Shown: positions 37,887 to 49,476, counted from the stretch's first letter. The stretch is DNA of 64,000 nt from an uncultured Candidatus Binatia bacterium (GCA_965218425.1 OZ244621.1:3040001-3104000); one strand, 5' to 3'. The notes: generated by a model from the sequence alone, not told the origin. Numbers and translations are program-made.

Positions 37887-38075
37887 ATTTGACCTCCCTG
37901 GTCTCGGGTTTGGCTCCACCGTTGGAGCCGTGTTAGTTTGCTATGGTGTCGAGCACACCACGGGTTACGAATCAAATACTCCGTAAAATGTGTTATAGTC
38001 AAGGGACTGCCGGTGCGCGGCTTCGGTTCACTTCTATCCTTGCTCCCCCTGAGCTTCCTTGGTATTTTTTCGCAA

Positions 38076-40118
38076 ATGGAACGAAAAAGAAAAGATGGCC
38101 AGTTTCGCCTGGTGACTGATTTCAAACCCAAAGGGGATCAGCCCCAAGCCATTGAGAAACTGGTTCAGGGGTCTAAGAAGGGCCTTGCTCACCAGACGCT
38201 TCTGGGGGTTACAGGTTCGGGAAAGACCTTTACCATGGCCAATGTCATCGCCAGGTTGAATCAACCGACCTTGGTGATTGCCCCCAATAAAACCCTGGCT
38301 GCTCAGCTTTACAATGAATTCAAAGAACTGTTTCCGGAAAATGCGGTTCGGTACTTTGTGAGCTACTACGACTATTATCAGCCTGAGGCGTACGTGCCGT
38401 CCACAGACACCTTCATCGAGAAGGACGCTTCCATAAACGATGAAATTGATAAGTTACGCCACGCCGCCACCATGGCCCTGTTGGAAAGACGTGATGCATT
38501 GATTGTAGCCAGCGTCTCGTGCATCTACGGTCTGGGCTCACCTGAGGCCTATTTTGAGATGATGGTCTACCTGGAAGAAGGCATGAAGATGGAGCGCGAC
38601 GTCGTGCTTAGAAAACTGGTGGATATTCAGTACCAGAGAAATGACTACGACTTCCATCGCGGCACCTTTCGGGTTAGAGGGGACGTGGTTGAGGTTTTTC
38701 CCACCTATGAGGATAGCTCATCCATTCGCATGGAATTTTTCGACGATCGGATAGAGTCGCTTCAGGAGTTCGATCCCGTGCGAGGAAAAGTGCATCGGCG
38801 CGTGGATCGGGTGGCCATCTATCCTGCGAGTCATTACGTGACCAATGAAGTAACGTTGCAAAGGGCGGTTAAGAACATCCGGTCGGAGCTAGAGGAACGG
38901 CTCCAGGAACTTCGGGGAGAGAGTAAACTCCTTGAGGCGCAGAGATTAGAACAAAGGACACGGTACGATCTCGAGCTCCTCGCCGAAATGGGATTTTGTC
39001 CGGGCATCGAAAACTACTCGCGTCATCTCACCGGTCGCAAACCGGGAGAGCCACCCCCAACCCTTCTGAATTACTTCCCGAAAGATTTTCTCCTGTTTAT
39101 CGATGAGAGCCACGTGACGGTTCCTCAAATCGGCGGGATGTACCGCGGTGACCGGTCACGCAAGGAAACCTTGGTGGAATACGGTTTTCGTCTTCCCTCC
39201 GCCCTGGACAACCGACCGTTGAACTTCGAGGAATTTGAATCAATCTTGAATCAAACGGTTTTTGTTTCAGCGACGCCCGCGCATTTCGAGCTGGAAAAAA
39301 GCCGTGGGACTGCCGTGGAGCAAATTATTCGACCCACTGGCTTGATGGACCCCGAGGTGTTGGTTCGCCGGGCCCGAACCCAGGTGGATAATCTTCTGGA
39401 GGAAATCCGTAAGAGAGCTGAGGTACGCGAGAGGGTGTTGGTCACCACACTGACCAAACGAATGGCGGAAGACCTCACGGATTATTTTCAGGATTTGAAC
39501 GTCAAAGTGCGTTACCTTCACTCTGATATCGAAACCCTCGAGCGGGTGGAGATCATTCGAGAGCTCAGAAAGGGTACCTTTGACGTGCTGATTGGTATCA
39601 ATCTGCTGCGTGAAGGGTTGGACCTGCCAGAGGTGTCCCTGGTGGCGATATTGGACGCCGACAAAGAGGGGTTTCTTCGTTCGGAACGGTCTTTGATCCA
39701 AACCATAGGTCGGGCGTCCCGTAACGTGAACGGGACCGTGATCCTCTATGCGGATTCCACCACCCAATCCATGAAACAGGCCATGGACGAAACCAGCCGC
39801 CGCCGGCGTCTCCAGGCGGAGTTCAATAAGAAACACAAAATTACGCCCAAGACAGTGGTGAAGTCCTTGGGGGCACCACTGGTTAAAGTCTACAACGCTG
39901 ATTATGTGACGGTGCCCATTGCGGCAGAAAAGGGTGAAGGTTTTTCGTCGGTGGAAGCGATTCCAAAGCTGATTGAGGGTCTCAGGAAGGAAATGAAGCG
40001 GGCGGCGGCCAATCTGGAGTTCGAGAAGGCTGCAGAGATCAGGGACCAGATTAACGAACTTCAAGAAAGGGAACTAGGCTTGAAAAATCCACTGGTGGCA
40101 CGGGGGTCCGGGGATTAG
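38076..40118 (+). CDS. uvrB: Excinuclease ABC subunit B
   Basis: [40 protein letters not shown]; start at ATG 38076. Confidence 0.98.
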   Translation: MERKRKDGQFRLVTDFKPKGDQPQAIEKLVQGSKKGLAHQTLLGVTGSGKTFTMANVIARLNQPTLVIAPNKTLAAQLYNEFKELFPENAVRYFVSYYDYYQPEAYVPSTDTFIEKDASINDEIDKLRHAATMALLERRDALIVASVSCIYGLGSPEAYFEMMVYLEEGMKMERDVVLRKLVDIQYQRNDYDFHRGTFRVRGDVVEVFPTYEDSSSIRMEFFDDRIESLQEFDPVRGKVHRRVDRVAIYPASHYVTNEVTLQRAVKNIRSELEERLQELRGESKLLEAQRLEQRTRYDLELLAEMGFCPGIENYSRHLTGRKPGEPPPTLLNYFPKDFLLFIDESHVTVPQIGGMYRGDRSRKETLVEYGFRLPSALDNRPLNFEEFESILNQTVFVSATPAHFELEKSRGTAVEQIIRPTGLMDPEVLVRRARTQVDNLLEEIRKRAEVRERVLVTTLTKRMAEDLTDYFQDLNVKVRYLHSDIETLERVEIIRELRKGTFDVLIGINLLREGLDLPEVSLVAILDADKEGFLRSERSLIQTIGRASRNVNGTVILYADSTTQSMKQAMDETSRRRRLQAEFNKKHKITPKTVVKSLGAPLVKVYNADYVTVPIAAEKGEGFSSVEAIPKLIEGLRKEMKRAAANLEFEKAAEIRDQINELQERELGLKNPLVARGSGD

Positions 40119-40132
40119 CCTCGGCATCATTT

Positions 40133-41983
40133 TTGTCCATTCAAGAAAGACTCGATAGCTTTCCATCTCACCCCGGGGTCTATCTGATGAAAGACCGGGG
40201 TGGCAAAGTCATCTACATCGGCAAGGCAAAGGATCTTCGAAATCGGGTAAGGGCCTACTTTCGTGGTGGGGACGGTCGATCTCAAATCGACTTTTTGATG
40301 CGCCGAGTAAAAGATGTAGAGACCCTGGTCACCACCAACGAGAAAGAGGCCTTCATTCTCGAGAACAACCTGATCAAGCAATACAAACCCCGCTACAACA
40401 TCCGGCTGAAAGACGACAAGAGCTATCTCAGCATCAAGGTTACCGTATCCCATCCCTGGCCCAGGATCCTCGCTACGCGCAAGATTGTCAAAGACGAAAA
40501 TCGTTATTTTGGGCCGTACTCTTCCGCCTTTGCGGCCCGGGAGACCATCGATATCATCGAAAAGCATTTCCTCTTGAGGACCTGTACGGATTATAACTTC
40601 AAAAACCGCGCGCGTCCCTGTCTTCAATTTCAGATCCGGCGCTGTCTGGGTCCCTGCGTTTTAACTGTGGATCGCCGGGAATATGAAGAGCAGCTCAAAC
40701 AGGCGATCCTCTTTATCGAGGGAAAGAGCCGTGAGTTGTTGGAGGAGCTAAAGGCGAGGATGGAGGAGAGGTCTGAGGCCCTGGAATTCGAGGCGGCGGC
40801 TAAAATCAGAGATCAGATCCAGGCGGTGGAGCAGACCCTGGAAAAACAGAGGATGGTTTCCCACTGGGGAGCCGATCAGGATATCTTTGGGCTCTATCGG
40901 GAGGGCGGGTTTTTCGAGGTGCAAGTCCTTTTTGTCCGGCAGGGAAAACTCACAGGGAACCAGGCCTATTCCTTCGAGGACCTGATGTTCTCCGATGAGG
41001 AGTTGATGGAATCGTTGCTCACCCAGTTCTACCAAGGGGAGCGTTTCATTCCCGACGAGGTCCTTTTGCCCGTGGAACTGGAGGATCAGGGAGTGCGCGA
41101 GGAATATCTTTCAGAACGCAGAGGCAAGCGAGTGGCCCTGCTAAGCCCGCGTAGGGGAGATCGGCGGAAACTCTTAGAGATGGCGGGACAGAACGCCCGC
41201 CAGAGTTTTTCGGAGCGTCATAACAAGGAAAAGGAAAGAGAGACCATGCTCCTGGAGCTTCAGCAAAAGCTTCGACTGAAGCATTATCCCCAAAGGATCG
41301 AGTGTTATGACATATCGAATATCTCCGGCAAACAGGCGGTGGGGTCCCAGGTCACTTTCTTCGACGGGGAACCGGACAAGAAGCGATATCGCCATTACCG
41401 AATTAGATCGCCGCAAGCGGTCCGGGGTGGAGACGACTTTGAGATGATGTACGAGGTGCTGGAACGTCGATTCCGCCGGGGAGTTGAAGAAGGAGACTTT
41501 CCCGACCTTGTGGTTGTGGATGGGGGTAAAGGTCAGCTGGGGATGGCCCTGGCCGCGTTGCGGGACCTTGGGATCGAAGATATCGACGTGATTGCCCTGG
41601 CAAAGACGCGTGTTCAATCGTCGCCGCGTAGCCGCGATATTGAACGTACCGAGGAGAGGGTTTTTTGTCCCGGGCAGGCCAATCCCGTCACCCTAAGCCG
41701 TAATTCCAACGCCCTGTTTCTTCTCCAGCGTGTCCGGGACGAGGCCCACCGGTTTGCCATCACCCATCACAAAAAACTGAGATCGAAACAATCATTGCAT
41801 TCCGTCCTGGACCGAATTCCTGGAATCGGGGGAGTACGCAAACGGGCACTGCTGCGTGCCCTGGGCAGCCTAAAGCGCATCGAAGAAGCCACCTTGGAGG
41901 ACCTATTAAAAGTTCCTTCCATCAACGAGAAGATTGCCCGGGACATCCTTGAGACCTTGGGGTCAACTTCCAAGGACGATTGA
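40133..41983 (+). CDS. uvrC: Excinuclease ABC subunit C
   Basis: PGVYLM...IYIGKAKDLRNRV (GIY-YIG), ECYDIS, VDGGKGQ, RDEAHRFA, HhH. Confidence 0.98.
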   Translation: MSIQERLDSFPSHPGVYLMKDRGGKVIYIGKAKDLRNRVRAYFRGGDGRSQIDFLMRRVKDVETLVTTNEKEAFILENNLIKQYKPRYNIRLKDDKSYLSIKVTVSHPWPRILATRKIVKDENRYFGPYSSAFAARETIDIIEKHFLLRTCTDYNFKNRARPCLQFQIRRCLGPCVLTVDRREYEEQLKQAILFIEGKSRELLEELKARMEERSEALEFEAAAKIRDQIQAVEQTLEKQRMVSHWGADQDIFGLYREGGFFEVQVLFVRQGKLTGNQAYSFEDLMFSDEELMESLLTQFYQGERFIPDEVLLPVELEDQGVREEYLSERRGKRVALLSPRRGDRRKLLEMAGQNARQSFSERHNKEKERETMLLELQQKLRLKHYPQRIECYDISNISGKQAVGSQVTFFDGEPDKKRYRHYRIRSPQAVRGGDDFEMMYEVLERRFRRGVEEGDFPDLVVVDGGKGQLGMALAALRDLGIEDIDVIALAKTRVQSSPRSRDIERTEERVFCPGQANPVTLSRNSNALFLLQRVRDEAHRFAITHHKKLRSKQSLHSVLDRIPGIGGVRKRALLRALGSLKRIEEATLEDLLKVPSINEKIARDILETLGSTSKDD

Positions 41984-44478
41984 ATTCTATGGATTCCCTC
42001 CCGTCCTTTGATCCAGGGAAGGACCCATTAGAGAGAAATCCAGCTTCCCTGTTAGTGGTTCCAACCCTTTCGCTTCTTCTCGGTCAAACTGCGGTTTCAC
42101 TGTCCTTCCGAGTGGCGGTAATCTCCTCCATCGCAATCCTCATGGCATCCGCGTGCGCCTGGCTGTTGGGAAAACGAAAATGGGCGTTACTGTTTTTCTT
42201 CTCCGGCGTGGCATTCATCACCGGATATGGGATGCACCAACGCTTGCTGACGCCTCAGTTCCCAGATCATCACCTTCGACTCCTGACTGATGGGAGGAAG
42301 GCGGTCCAGGTGGAAGGCTTTTTCTATCGAGAACCAGAAACGCGATTTGGCTGGAGCCGGTGGTACTTGCGGGCGGAGTACATTTGGCGACCACTTGGCG
42401 CCCGGAAGGCTGTTGGGAATGTTCTAATCACGGTGCGGAAGGTTCAAAGGAAGTGGCACTACGGTGACCGGGTTCGCCTTCGAGTGAGAGTTCGACCACC
42501 CCGCCCCGCACGGAACCCGGGGGAATTTGATTACAGGGCCTATTTGGCACGACGGGAAATCTACCTGACCGGTTTTCTCGGTGATGATGGAGGGGTGGAG
42601 CTCCTTCACAGAGACAACAGAGGTGTGTGGAAATGGATGCAGCATGTTCGTGGAGAGATCCAGGGCTTCACGGACCGTAACCTTCCTCCACGCGAAGCGG
42701 GTCTATTGAAGGCCCTGGTGATCGGGGACAGGGGAGGTCTATCCAGGGAGACCCGTGAGAGTTTTGCCGCCGCCGGTGTGGCCCATGTTCTTTCCATATC
42801 AGGTCTTCACGTGGGAATGCTGGGTTTAGTCGCATTTATTGTGGTTCGATTCCTGGGATCATTGAGCAGCACCCTGATGCTCCGTTGGAACCTGTTCAAA
42901 ATTGCGACCTTTTTATCTTTCATTGTCGTATTATTCTATGCGGCCCTGGCTGGAGGGAGGATTCCAACGATTCGGGCGGCCATAATGGTCGGTGTTTATG
43001 TGCTGGCGGTTTTATTTGATCGCGAGGAAGAGTTTTACATAAGCCTTGCCCTTGCCGCCCTTCTGATCGGCCTGATCTGGCCTGGGGTTGTCATGGATAC
43101 CTCTTTCCAACTCTCTTTCCTCGCCGTTTTATTCATCGTTTGGGGTCTACGCCGAATTCAACAACTCAGGGAACTCAAACCGAAGGACAACCTTTTACAA
43201 TTTCAAACCCAGAACTGGCTTCGACGGCGAGTCCCTCAAATCGCACTCTATCTTGCCGTTCCGGTGCTGGCGACCCTCGGGACCGGGCCTGTCGTGACCT
43301 ATCATTTTGGTCGGCTTTCCCTGGCGGGTTTCCTCGCCAACCCAATTCTAGTCCCAATTGTGGGTTGGGTGCTTGTGCCCCTGGGATTCTTGATCGGTTT
43401 CCTCTGTTTGTTCTCAACGGCCCTTGCCCTCCCTCTGCTTTGGATTGCCAAGCCCCTACTTTCCTTGACCCTGTGGATGGTGGAGTTGTTCTCAGAGTTG
43501 CCCATGGGGGTTATCACCGTGCCCAAACCCAACTTATTGGAATTGGGTATCGTTTACCTGGCCATCTGCTCTATCCTGGTATTGCAACGGCGGACTCATG
43601 TCTATGTGCTCCTGGTTTTCTTGATAGTCGCCATGGCGGCGGACGGCGCTTATTGGTGGCGGCAGAGATGGGGGCGCAGAGATCTACGCATCACCTATCT
43701 CAGCGTAGGTCACGGCGATGCAGCGGTGGTGGAGTTTCCCGACTCCAGGGTTCTTCTCATCGACGCCGGTGGAAGCTCATTTCCTCAGTACGATCCCGGA
43801 AGGTCCATTGTTGCGCCATTTTTACGGTCTCGGCGGATTGCAAAGGTGGATTACGTGCTTGTGAGCCATCCAAGGATTGATCACTACGGAGGGATGAAGA
43901 GCATACTGGAGGAATTTGCCCCTTCGGAGTTCTGGTCCGGCCCCGTCGGGGGAGGGACTCGACGCTATGTTGAATTGGAAGAGGCGGCGAGACACTTAGG
44001 TGTTAGACGGGTCCTTCTTAATCAAAGCGATTCCTGTCGTGACATTGGAAAGGTTCGGATTTGTGTCTTATACCCTTCGGATGCCGGTGGAGAAGAATCT
44101 TCCGTGGTAATGAGGCTATCCCTGGGTCGATACCATTTTCTTTTTCCTGGGGACATTAATAAACAAGACGAAGAAAGGCTTGTGGGATTGAAGACGGAGC
44201 TCGCGAGCCAGGTTCTAAAAGTCCCCCGGCACGGGAGCCTTACTGCCAATACGAAGTCGTTTGTGGGTGCTGTGGCTCCAAGTCTAGCTATATTTTCTAT
44301 GGGTTACCGATCACCTCGAGCGGAAGTGATCGCTAGGTATGACGACGCCGGATCCGAAGTTCTCCGCACCGATGAGGACGGTGCAATCATCGTTGAAACA
44401 AACGGAAACAGACTTTCCTACACAACCCATCTTAGTGGGAAAAGAGGGAAAATCCCCTTATCCATGGAGGTAAATTAA
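41980..44478 (+). CDS. comEC: DNA internalization competence protein ComEC/Rec2
   Basis: NPGEFDY, HVLSISGLHVG, SFQLSF, VGHGDA, SHPRIDHYGG, YRTD-like VLRTDEDG. Confidence 0.93.
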   Translation: MNSMDSLPSFDPGKDPLERNPASLLVVPTLSLLLGQTAVSLSFRVAVISSIAILMASACAWLLGKRKWALLFFFSGVAFITGYGMHQRLLTPQFPDHHLRLLTDGRKAVQVEGFFYREPETRFGWSRWYLRAEYIWRPLGARKAVGNVLITVRKVQRKWHYGDRVRLRVRVRPPRPARNPGEFDYRAYLARREIYLTGFLGDDGGVELLHRDNRGVWKWMQHVRGEIQGFTDRNLPPREAGLLKALVIGDRGGLSRETRESFAAAGVAHVLSISGLHVGMLGLVAFIVVRFLGSLSSTLMLRWNLFKIATFLSFIVVLFYAALAGGRIPTIRAAIMVGVYVLAVLFDREEEFYISLALAALLIGLIWPGVVMDTSFQLSFLAVLFIVWGLRRIQQLRELKPKDNLLQFQTQNWLRRRVPQIALYLAVPVLATLGTGPVVTYHFGRLSLAGFLANPILVPIVGWVLVPLGFLIGFLCLFSTALALPLLWIAKPLLSLTLWMVELFSELPMGVITVPKPNLLELGIVYLAICSILVLQRRTHVYVLLVFLIVAMAADGAYWWRQRWGRRDLRITYLSVGHGDAAVVEFPDSRVLLIDAGGSSFPQYDPGRSIVAPFLRSRRIAKVDYVLVSHPRIDHYGGMKSILEEFAPSEFWSGPVGGGTRRYVELEEAARHLGVRRVLLNQSDSCRDIGKVRICVLYPSDAGGEESSVVMRLSLGRYHFLFPGDINKQDEERLVGLKTELASQVLKVPRHGSLTANTKSFVGAVAPSLAIFSMGYRSPRAEVIARYDDAGSEVLRTDEDGAIIVETNGNRLSYTTHLSGKRGKIPLSMEVN

Positions 44479-44490
44479 TTCGTAACCAGC

Positions 44491-44811
44491 CTAGAGCTCA
44501 ATGATGGCTCTGGTCCAGTTGTCTTTAGGTGCGATGGTGTGGCCCTTCCCGGTGAAGTCTTCGGCTAGAAAAACATCCCCCGGCCCAAAGGTTTTCACCG
44601 TCCCGTCCCCGATGGTTACGTCCACCGAGCCAGATAGGGTGATGAGAAACCGACGATGAGGTGCGTTGTGCCATTCGCTGCTTTGGCCCGGTGCGACGTT
44701 CCTGAAAATCACTCCCTTGGCCGGCTGCAGCTTGGCAAATTGGGCAGGGTCTAGATCCTTAAAGTGGGATTGTCCATCGGAACCGCTGAAAAGTCTTACA
44801 AATTTCATCAT
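44491..44811 (-). CDS. Small cupin-domain protein
   Basis: DGQSHF, WHNAPHRR, GPGDVFLAEDFTGKGH. Confidence 0.85.
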   Translation of the reverse strand: MMKFVRLFSGSDGQSHFKDLDPAQFAKLQPAKGVIFRNVAPGQSSEWHNAPHRRFLITLSGSVDVTIGDGTVKTFGPGDVFLAEDFTGKGHTIAPKDNWTRAIIEL

Positions 44812-44856
44812 TGCCTCCTTGTAGCGACTTAAACATCATAGTAAAGGAGAGGTCAA

Positions 44857-45855
44857 ATGGCGGATTCAAACCCTTCACCGGAAAACATTGATAAGCTCGA
44901 ATACGCAGTTTGGCCCTCGTATTCGTTGCTAGCAGGAATCCAACTCGACCTCTTCACCGCGCTTAAAGACGCAGCCATGAGCGTCGAGCAAATTGCCGAT
45001 GCTTTAGGTGTCAGGGCGGACAAGCTGCAGCCACTCCTCTATGCACTGGTGGCCATTGGGCTGTTGAGGGTGGATGGATGCCTTTTTTCCAATACTGTCG
45101 AAGCAAGTCACTTCTTGGTCCGAGGGAATCCGACCTACAGGGGCGGAAAGCACGAAACCTTCTTAAATAATTGGAAAGCCGGACTCGGGACTGCTGACTC
45201 GATTCGAGCCGGATCACCCCAGGCCAAGCTTGATTTCTCAGCCGCGTCCCAAAACCGGTTGGAGATGTTCTACCGGAGCACTTATGCGCAGGCACTTCGC
45301 AGAGGGCGTGAGCTCGCTGGAATCTACGATTTTTCGGCTCATCGCTCATTGTTAGACGTTGGTGGAGGGACTGGTGGTTTGGCGATTGCGATGACGGAGG
45401 CCTGTCCAGGTTTGCATGCAACAGTGGCTGATCTGCCTACGGTGATACCTTTCACGGAACGATTCATTGACGAGGGGGGTGCTAGGGGCCGAGTCGATGC
45501 GGTGGCGGCCGATCTCAGTAGGGAGAGCATCACAGGCTCATTTGACTCTGCCGTGTTGAGCTCCCTGATTCAGGTGGTCTCCCCCGACAAGGCATGCTCC
45601 CTGCTCAAGAATGTGGGCAAGGTGATGAATCTGGGCGGTATTCTCTATATACGAGGCGACGTTCTTGACGATTCGCGTGTTTCTCCCATGAGATCAGTTA
45701 TGCGGAATCTTATATATCTGAACCTGTATGATGAAGGGCAGGCCTATACAGAGAGAGAGCACAGAGAGTGGTTAGAGGAGGCGGGATTTAATCATTTTGA
45801 ACGGAAGATTCTACCCGATGAATTTAGTCTAATGCGTGCTAGAAAGGCACCATAG
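44857..45855 (+). CDS. Class I SAM-dependent O-methyltransferase with dimerisation domain
   Basis: LDLFTAL, LLDVGGGTG, ADLP, EGQAYT...WLEEAGF. Confidence 0.9.
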   Translation: MADSNPSPENIDKLEYAVWPSYSLLAGIQLDLFTALKDAAMSVEQIADALGVRADKLQPLLYALVAIGLLRVDGCLFSNTVEASHFLVRGNPTYRGGKHETFLNNWKAGLGTADSIRAGSPQAKLDFSAASQNRLEMFYRSTYAQALRRGRELAGIYDFSAHRSLLDVGGGTGGLAIAMTEACPGLHATVADLPTVIPFTERFIDEGGARGRVDAVAADLSRESITGSFDSAVLSSLIQVVSPDKACSLLKNVGKVMNLGGILYIRGDVLDDSRVSPMRSVMRNLIYLNLYDEGQAYTEREHREWLEEAGFNHFERKILPDEFSLMRARKAP

Positions 45856-46196
45856 AAGTCAAAGAGCTCTTTCTCTATAAGATGGATTATCCTTTTCCCA
45901 TTCTCCGGCGAACTGGGTTAGAATCTTATCCAAGCTGTCCCGAACCCGGGAGACAGCCCCGTTTAGCGGTCCCGTGATGCTCCGCGCCCGATACTACATC
46001 ATTCCCGTAACCGATTGCCACGTTTTCTTGATAGTCACTGCCCGATAAGCCCCTGCCCAAACTGCACCGTAGTAAACAGTCTATCCGTTTCTCATATTTG
46101 TAAGGGCCAAACGAGTATTGATCCAAAGGAAAGAATCCGTCGAAACATGGTAGATCCCTCTTTCATGTAGGGAGTGGGCCGTTTGTGGCCTTCAAC

Positions 46197-47382
46197 TGAC
46201 CTGCCCCCCTTGATTGTCCTCACCTGGAGGGTAGTCTTTGACCCAAGAGGAGGGGGACGCATGCGCAGGAGCCGATTCAGCGAACAACAGATCATCGGGA
46301 AACTGAAGGAGCACCAGGCGAGACTGGGGGTGGCGGAGCTGTGTCGCAAGCACGGCATCAGTGAGGCGACGTTTTACAAGTGGCGCTCGAAGTAGGGCGG
46401 GCTGGAGGTGTCTGAGGCGAAACGGCTTCGGAACCTGGAAGCGCAGAACACCAAGCTGAAGCGCCTTTTGGCGGAAGCGATGCTGGACGTATCGACGCTT
46501 AAGGAGATGGTGGGAAAAGACTTCTGACGCCGGGGTCCAAGAGAGAAGCCGTGGACTGGGCGATGAAGGAAGGGGGCCACTCACAGCGGCGGGCTTGCGC
46601 TCTGGTGGACATTGAGCCGCGGGTGTAGCGGTATCGGTCGATGAGACCAGATGACGGGGAGCTACGGCAGAGGCTGCGGGAGCTGGCGGCGGAACGGCGT
46701 CGGTTTGGGTATCGGCGCCTGCACCTGTTGCTTTTGCGGGAGGGCGTGGTGTTGAATCGCAAGAAGCTCTACCGGCTCTACAAGGAGGAGAAGTTGGCGG
46801 TGCGCAAGAGGGTGCTTGGGAGCCGGGCGCCGATGACGATCCCGCAGGGGGCCAATCAGCGCTGGTCGGTGGACTTCGCATCCGACGCCCTGATCGACAG
46901 CCGGCATTTCGGTGTGCTCTGCGTCATCGACGACTTCACACGGGAGTGCCTGGCCACCATCGTCAGCAACTCCATCACCGGTGAGCGGGTTGCCACAGAG
47001 CTGGACAACATTGCGCAATGGCGTGGTAATCCCTTGTTGGTGGTTTCCGACAACGGCACCGAGTTCACGTCCAATGCGATGCTACGATGGCAGCAGGGTC
47101 GCCGGGTAGAGTGGCACGACATCGCTCCAGGCAAGCCCATGCACAACGGGCTGGTCGAGAGCTTCATCGGGCCTCTGGGTGATGAATGCCTGAACGAGCA
47201 CATGTTCACAAGCTAGCGCAAAGCCCGCGAGATCATCGAAGACTGGAGGGCCGACTACAACGCCAGGAGACCACACACGAGCCTCCACGGACTGACGCCG
47301 ACGGAGTTTGCAATCCGGTCCCGATCGGAACACAGTGAAACACGGCTAACTTATACGTGAGGACAAAAAGGGGTGCAGGCCA
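46197..47382 (+). mobile_element. IS3-family (IS407-group-like) insertion sequence, inactivated
   Basis: IRL TGACCTGCCCCCCTTGATTGTCCTCAC and IRR GTGAGGACAAAAAGGGGTGCAGGCCA; orfA MRRSRFSEQQII from 46261; orfB FGYRRL, WSVDF, SDNGTEF, PGKP; in-frame TAG at 46393, 46626 and 47214. Confidence 0.93.
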
Positions 47383-47741
47383 ATGAAATCTACAGCGATT
47401 ACAAGGACAAGGTTGTGTTCTTTGGGGTTTACGTTTCAGAGGCGCACCCCATGGATGGAAGGGTGTCAGAGAAAAATGTCGATGCCGGCGTCTGCTTTCT
47501 ACAGCCAAAGACCATCGAGGAACGGAACACTGTGGCCAAGTCGTTCATGCAGGATATGAAGTTTAAAATTCCTCTGCTCCTGGACACCATGGACAATGTC
47601 ACCGCCGAGAAGTACAGCGCGTTGCCCGACCGGCTGGTGGTGATCCACAAGACCGGCGCGGTTGCTTATGCAGGTGCCATAGGACCCCACGGTTTTGGTC
47701 CGGATGCGTGGCTGGCAACCATCCGTAAGGTGGTTTCTTAG
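47383..47741 (+). pseudogene. Iodothyronine-deiodinase-like thioredoxin-fold protein, 5' end interrupted by the IS3
   Basis: VYVSEAHPMDG, QPKTIEER, LLDTMDN, YSALPDRL, GPHGF; the ORF-track start 47373 lies inside the IS IRR. Confidence 0.75.
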
Positions 47742-47773
47742 CTGTAGGCAACTTATTTTAGAGGAGCAATAAT

Positions 47774-48163
47774 ATGAAAAGGATCATTCAGCCCAAGAGC
47801 CTACAAGACCCCAGGCCGAGATATTCTTTAGCTATACTCACTGACCCGGGTAAGCTTTTATTTATAGCTGGCCAGACGGCTTCGGATAAGGATGGAAATG
47901 TTGTGGGGGTGGGGGATATCGAGGCCCAGGCGAGGCAGGCGTTCGAAAAGATCAAGATCATCGTGGAAGAGGCGGGAGGAACCTTAGCCGACATTGTAAA
48001 GACCACCGTCTACATCACGGACGCCAAATATCGGGAAGGCCAACGCAAGGTCCGAAGTGAGTATATTAAAGACGATCCTCCCACGAGTACGCTTATCATT
48101 GTTAAGGGCTTGGCGCGAGAAGAGTTTCTGATCGAAGTGGAAGCCATGGCGGTGCTGAAGTAA
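47774..48163 (+). CDS. RidA/YjgF-family protein
   Basis: LFIAGQ, DIVKTTVY, PTSTL, LIEVEAMA; GAGGAG RBS. Confidence 0.92.
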   Translation: MKRIIQPKSLQDPRPRYSLAILTDPGKLLFIAGQTASDKDGNVVGVGDIEAQARQAFEKIKIIVEEAGGTLADIVKTTVYITDAKYREGQRKVRSEYIKDDPPTSTLIIVKGLAREEFLIEVEAMAVLK

Positions 48164-48219
48164 GCAGTCGGGGAGGCAAATTTTTGCTCGCTCTCATCTT
48201 GGACTAGGGAACGATCAAA

Positions 48220-49308
48220 ATGCTGGATCGATTCAAGGTTCAGTCTGAAGACCGGATGCGCGTGTCGCCGGCGACATTGCGTCGGACTGTCAGCCACATT
48301 TTTGAGAAGATGGGCCTGACCCAAGAGGACGCAGCACTGGGCGCGGATGTGCTGGTGACCGCCGACCTGCGCGGTGTGGATTCACATGGTGTGTCCAATA
48401 TGTTGCGGGAATACGTGCGGGGCTTCCGGGAAGGGGAGCTCAATCCCAAGCCCAACTGGAGAATCGTGCGTGAGTCCCCAAGCACCGCCACCATCGACGC
48501 GGATCGTGGCCTGGGTATTGTCCTGGGTCCCAAGGCCATGCGGATCGCAATGGACAAAGCCCGGAACGTGGGGGTTGGCATTGTCACCATGAACCACGGG
48601 CGCCACCTGGGAGCGGTTGGGCATCATGCCATGCTCGCAGCCCAGGAAGACATGGTGGGGATGTGTATGACAGCCACGCGCCCGGCGGTTGTTCCTACCT
48701 TTGGCGCTGAGCCCTGGCTTGGCACCAATCCGGTGTCCATTGCGGCGCCTGCCAAGAAGGAGCCCCCTGTGTTGTTTGACGCCGCCACCTGCTCTATCGC
48801 AAATAATAAGGTCCGACTGGCTGCCCGGATGGGGACGACGTTGTACCCCGGCTGGGTGACGGACAAGGCAGGGAATCCGATTATGGAGGAAAGTCCGCCC
48901 CTCGAACGTGGGCAGTTCTTTCTCTTGCCCCTTGGAGCCACCAGAGAAATGGGTTCCCACAAAGGCTATGGCCTCGCCTTGATGGTGGAAATCTTGGGCT
49001 CGCTTCTATCAGGCGCCTTACCCCACGCCCTCGATCCTAGCAGTGGGTACAAGCACTATTTTGCCGCTTATAATATCTCTGCGTTCACGGACGTTGCACA
49101 GTTCAAGGAGACTATGGACCAGATGCTTCGGTCACTCCGGAGTATAAAGCCAGCCCAGGGACACGACCGCGTCTTCTATCCCGGACTCTTGGAGTATGAA
49201 GAAGAGCAGGAGCGCCGCTCCCATGGTATCCCGCTCCATAAGGAGGTCGTAGTTTGGTTTGGGAAAATCACCAGCGAGTTGGGTATACCTTCTTTGGAAA
49301 CTCTATGA
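48220..49308 (+). CDS. Ldh_2-family oxidoreductase (malate/L-lactate/ureidoglycolate dehydrogenase-like)
   Basis: ADLRGVDSHG, HLGA, GTNP, GSHKGYGL. Confidence 0.92.
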   Translation: MLDRFKVQSEDRMRVSPATLRRTVSHIFEKMGLTQEDAALGADVLVTADLRGVDSHGVSNMLREYVRGFREGELNPKPNWRIVRESPSTATIDADRGLGIVLGPKAMRIAMDKARNVGVGIVTMNHGRHLGAVGHHAMLAAQEDMVGMCMTATRPAVVPTFGAEPWLGTNPVSIAAPAKKEPPVLFDAATCSIANNKVRLAARMGTTLYPGWVTDKAGNPIMEESPPLERGQFFLLPLGATREMGSHKGYGLALMVEILGSLLSGALPHALDPSSGYKHYFAAYNISAFTDVAQFKETMDQMLRSLRSIKPAQGHDRVFYPGLLEYEEEQERRSHGIPLHKEVVVWFGKITSELGIPSLETL

Positions 49309-49476
49309 GTAAAGAATTCAAGAACCTTTTCAAGAGGTTCCATTTAGGTTGACAAGCGACGATCCACTATTTTTTTCCAAGTTTCAATTTTCCACGCTAT
49401 TTTTGTCTTAAATATTCCTAAAAATTCCCAAAAACTCGCAACTGAATTGTGCAAAAACGCTCACCTGTGGCTGTGA

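Noticed and set aside
45926..46148. Small minus-strand ORFs next to the IS
   Set aside because: An RBS-like GAGGGA and ATG exist, but the frame stops after 18 codons with no recognisable homology
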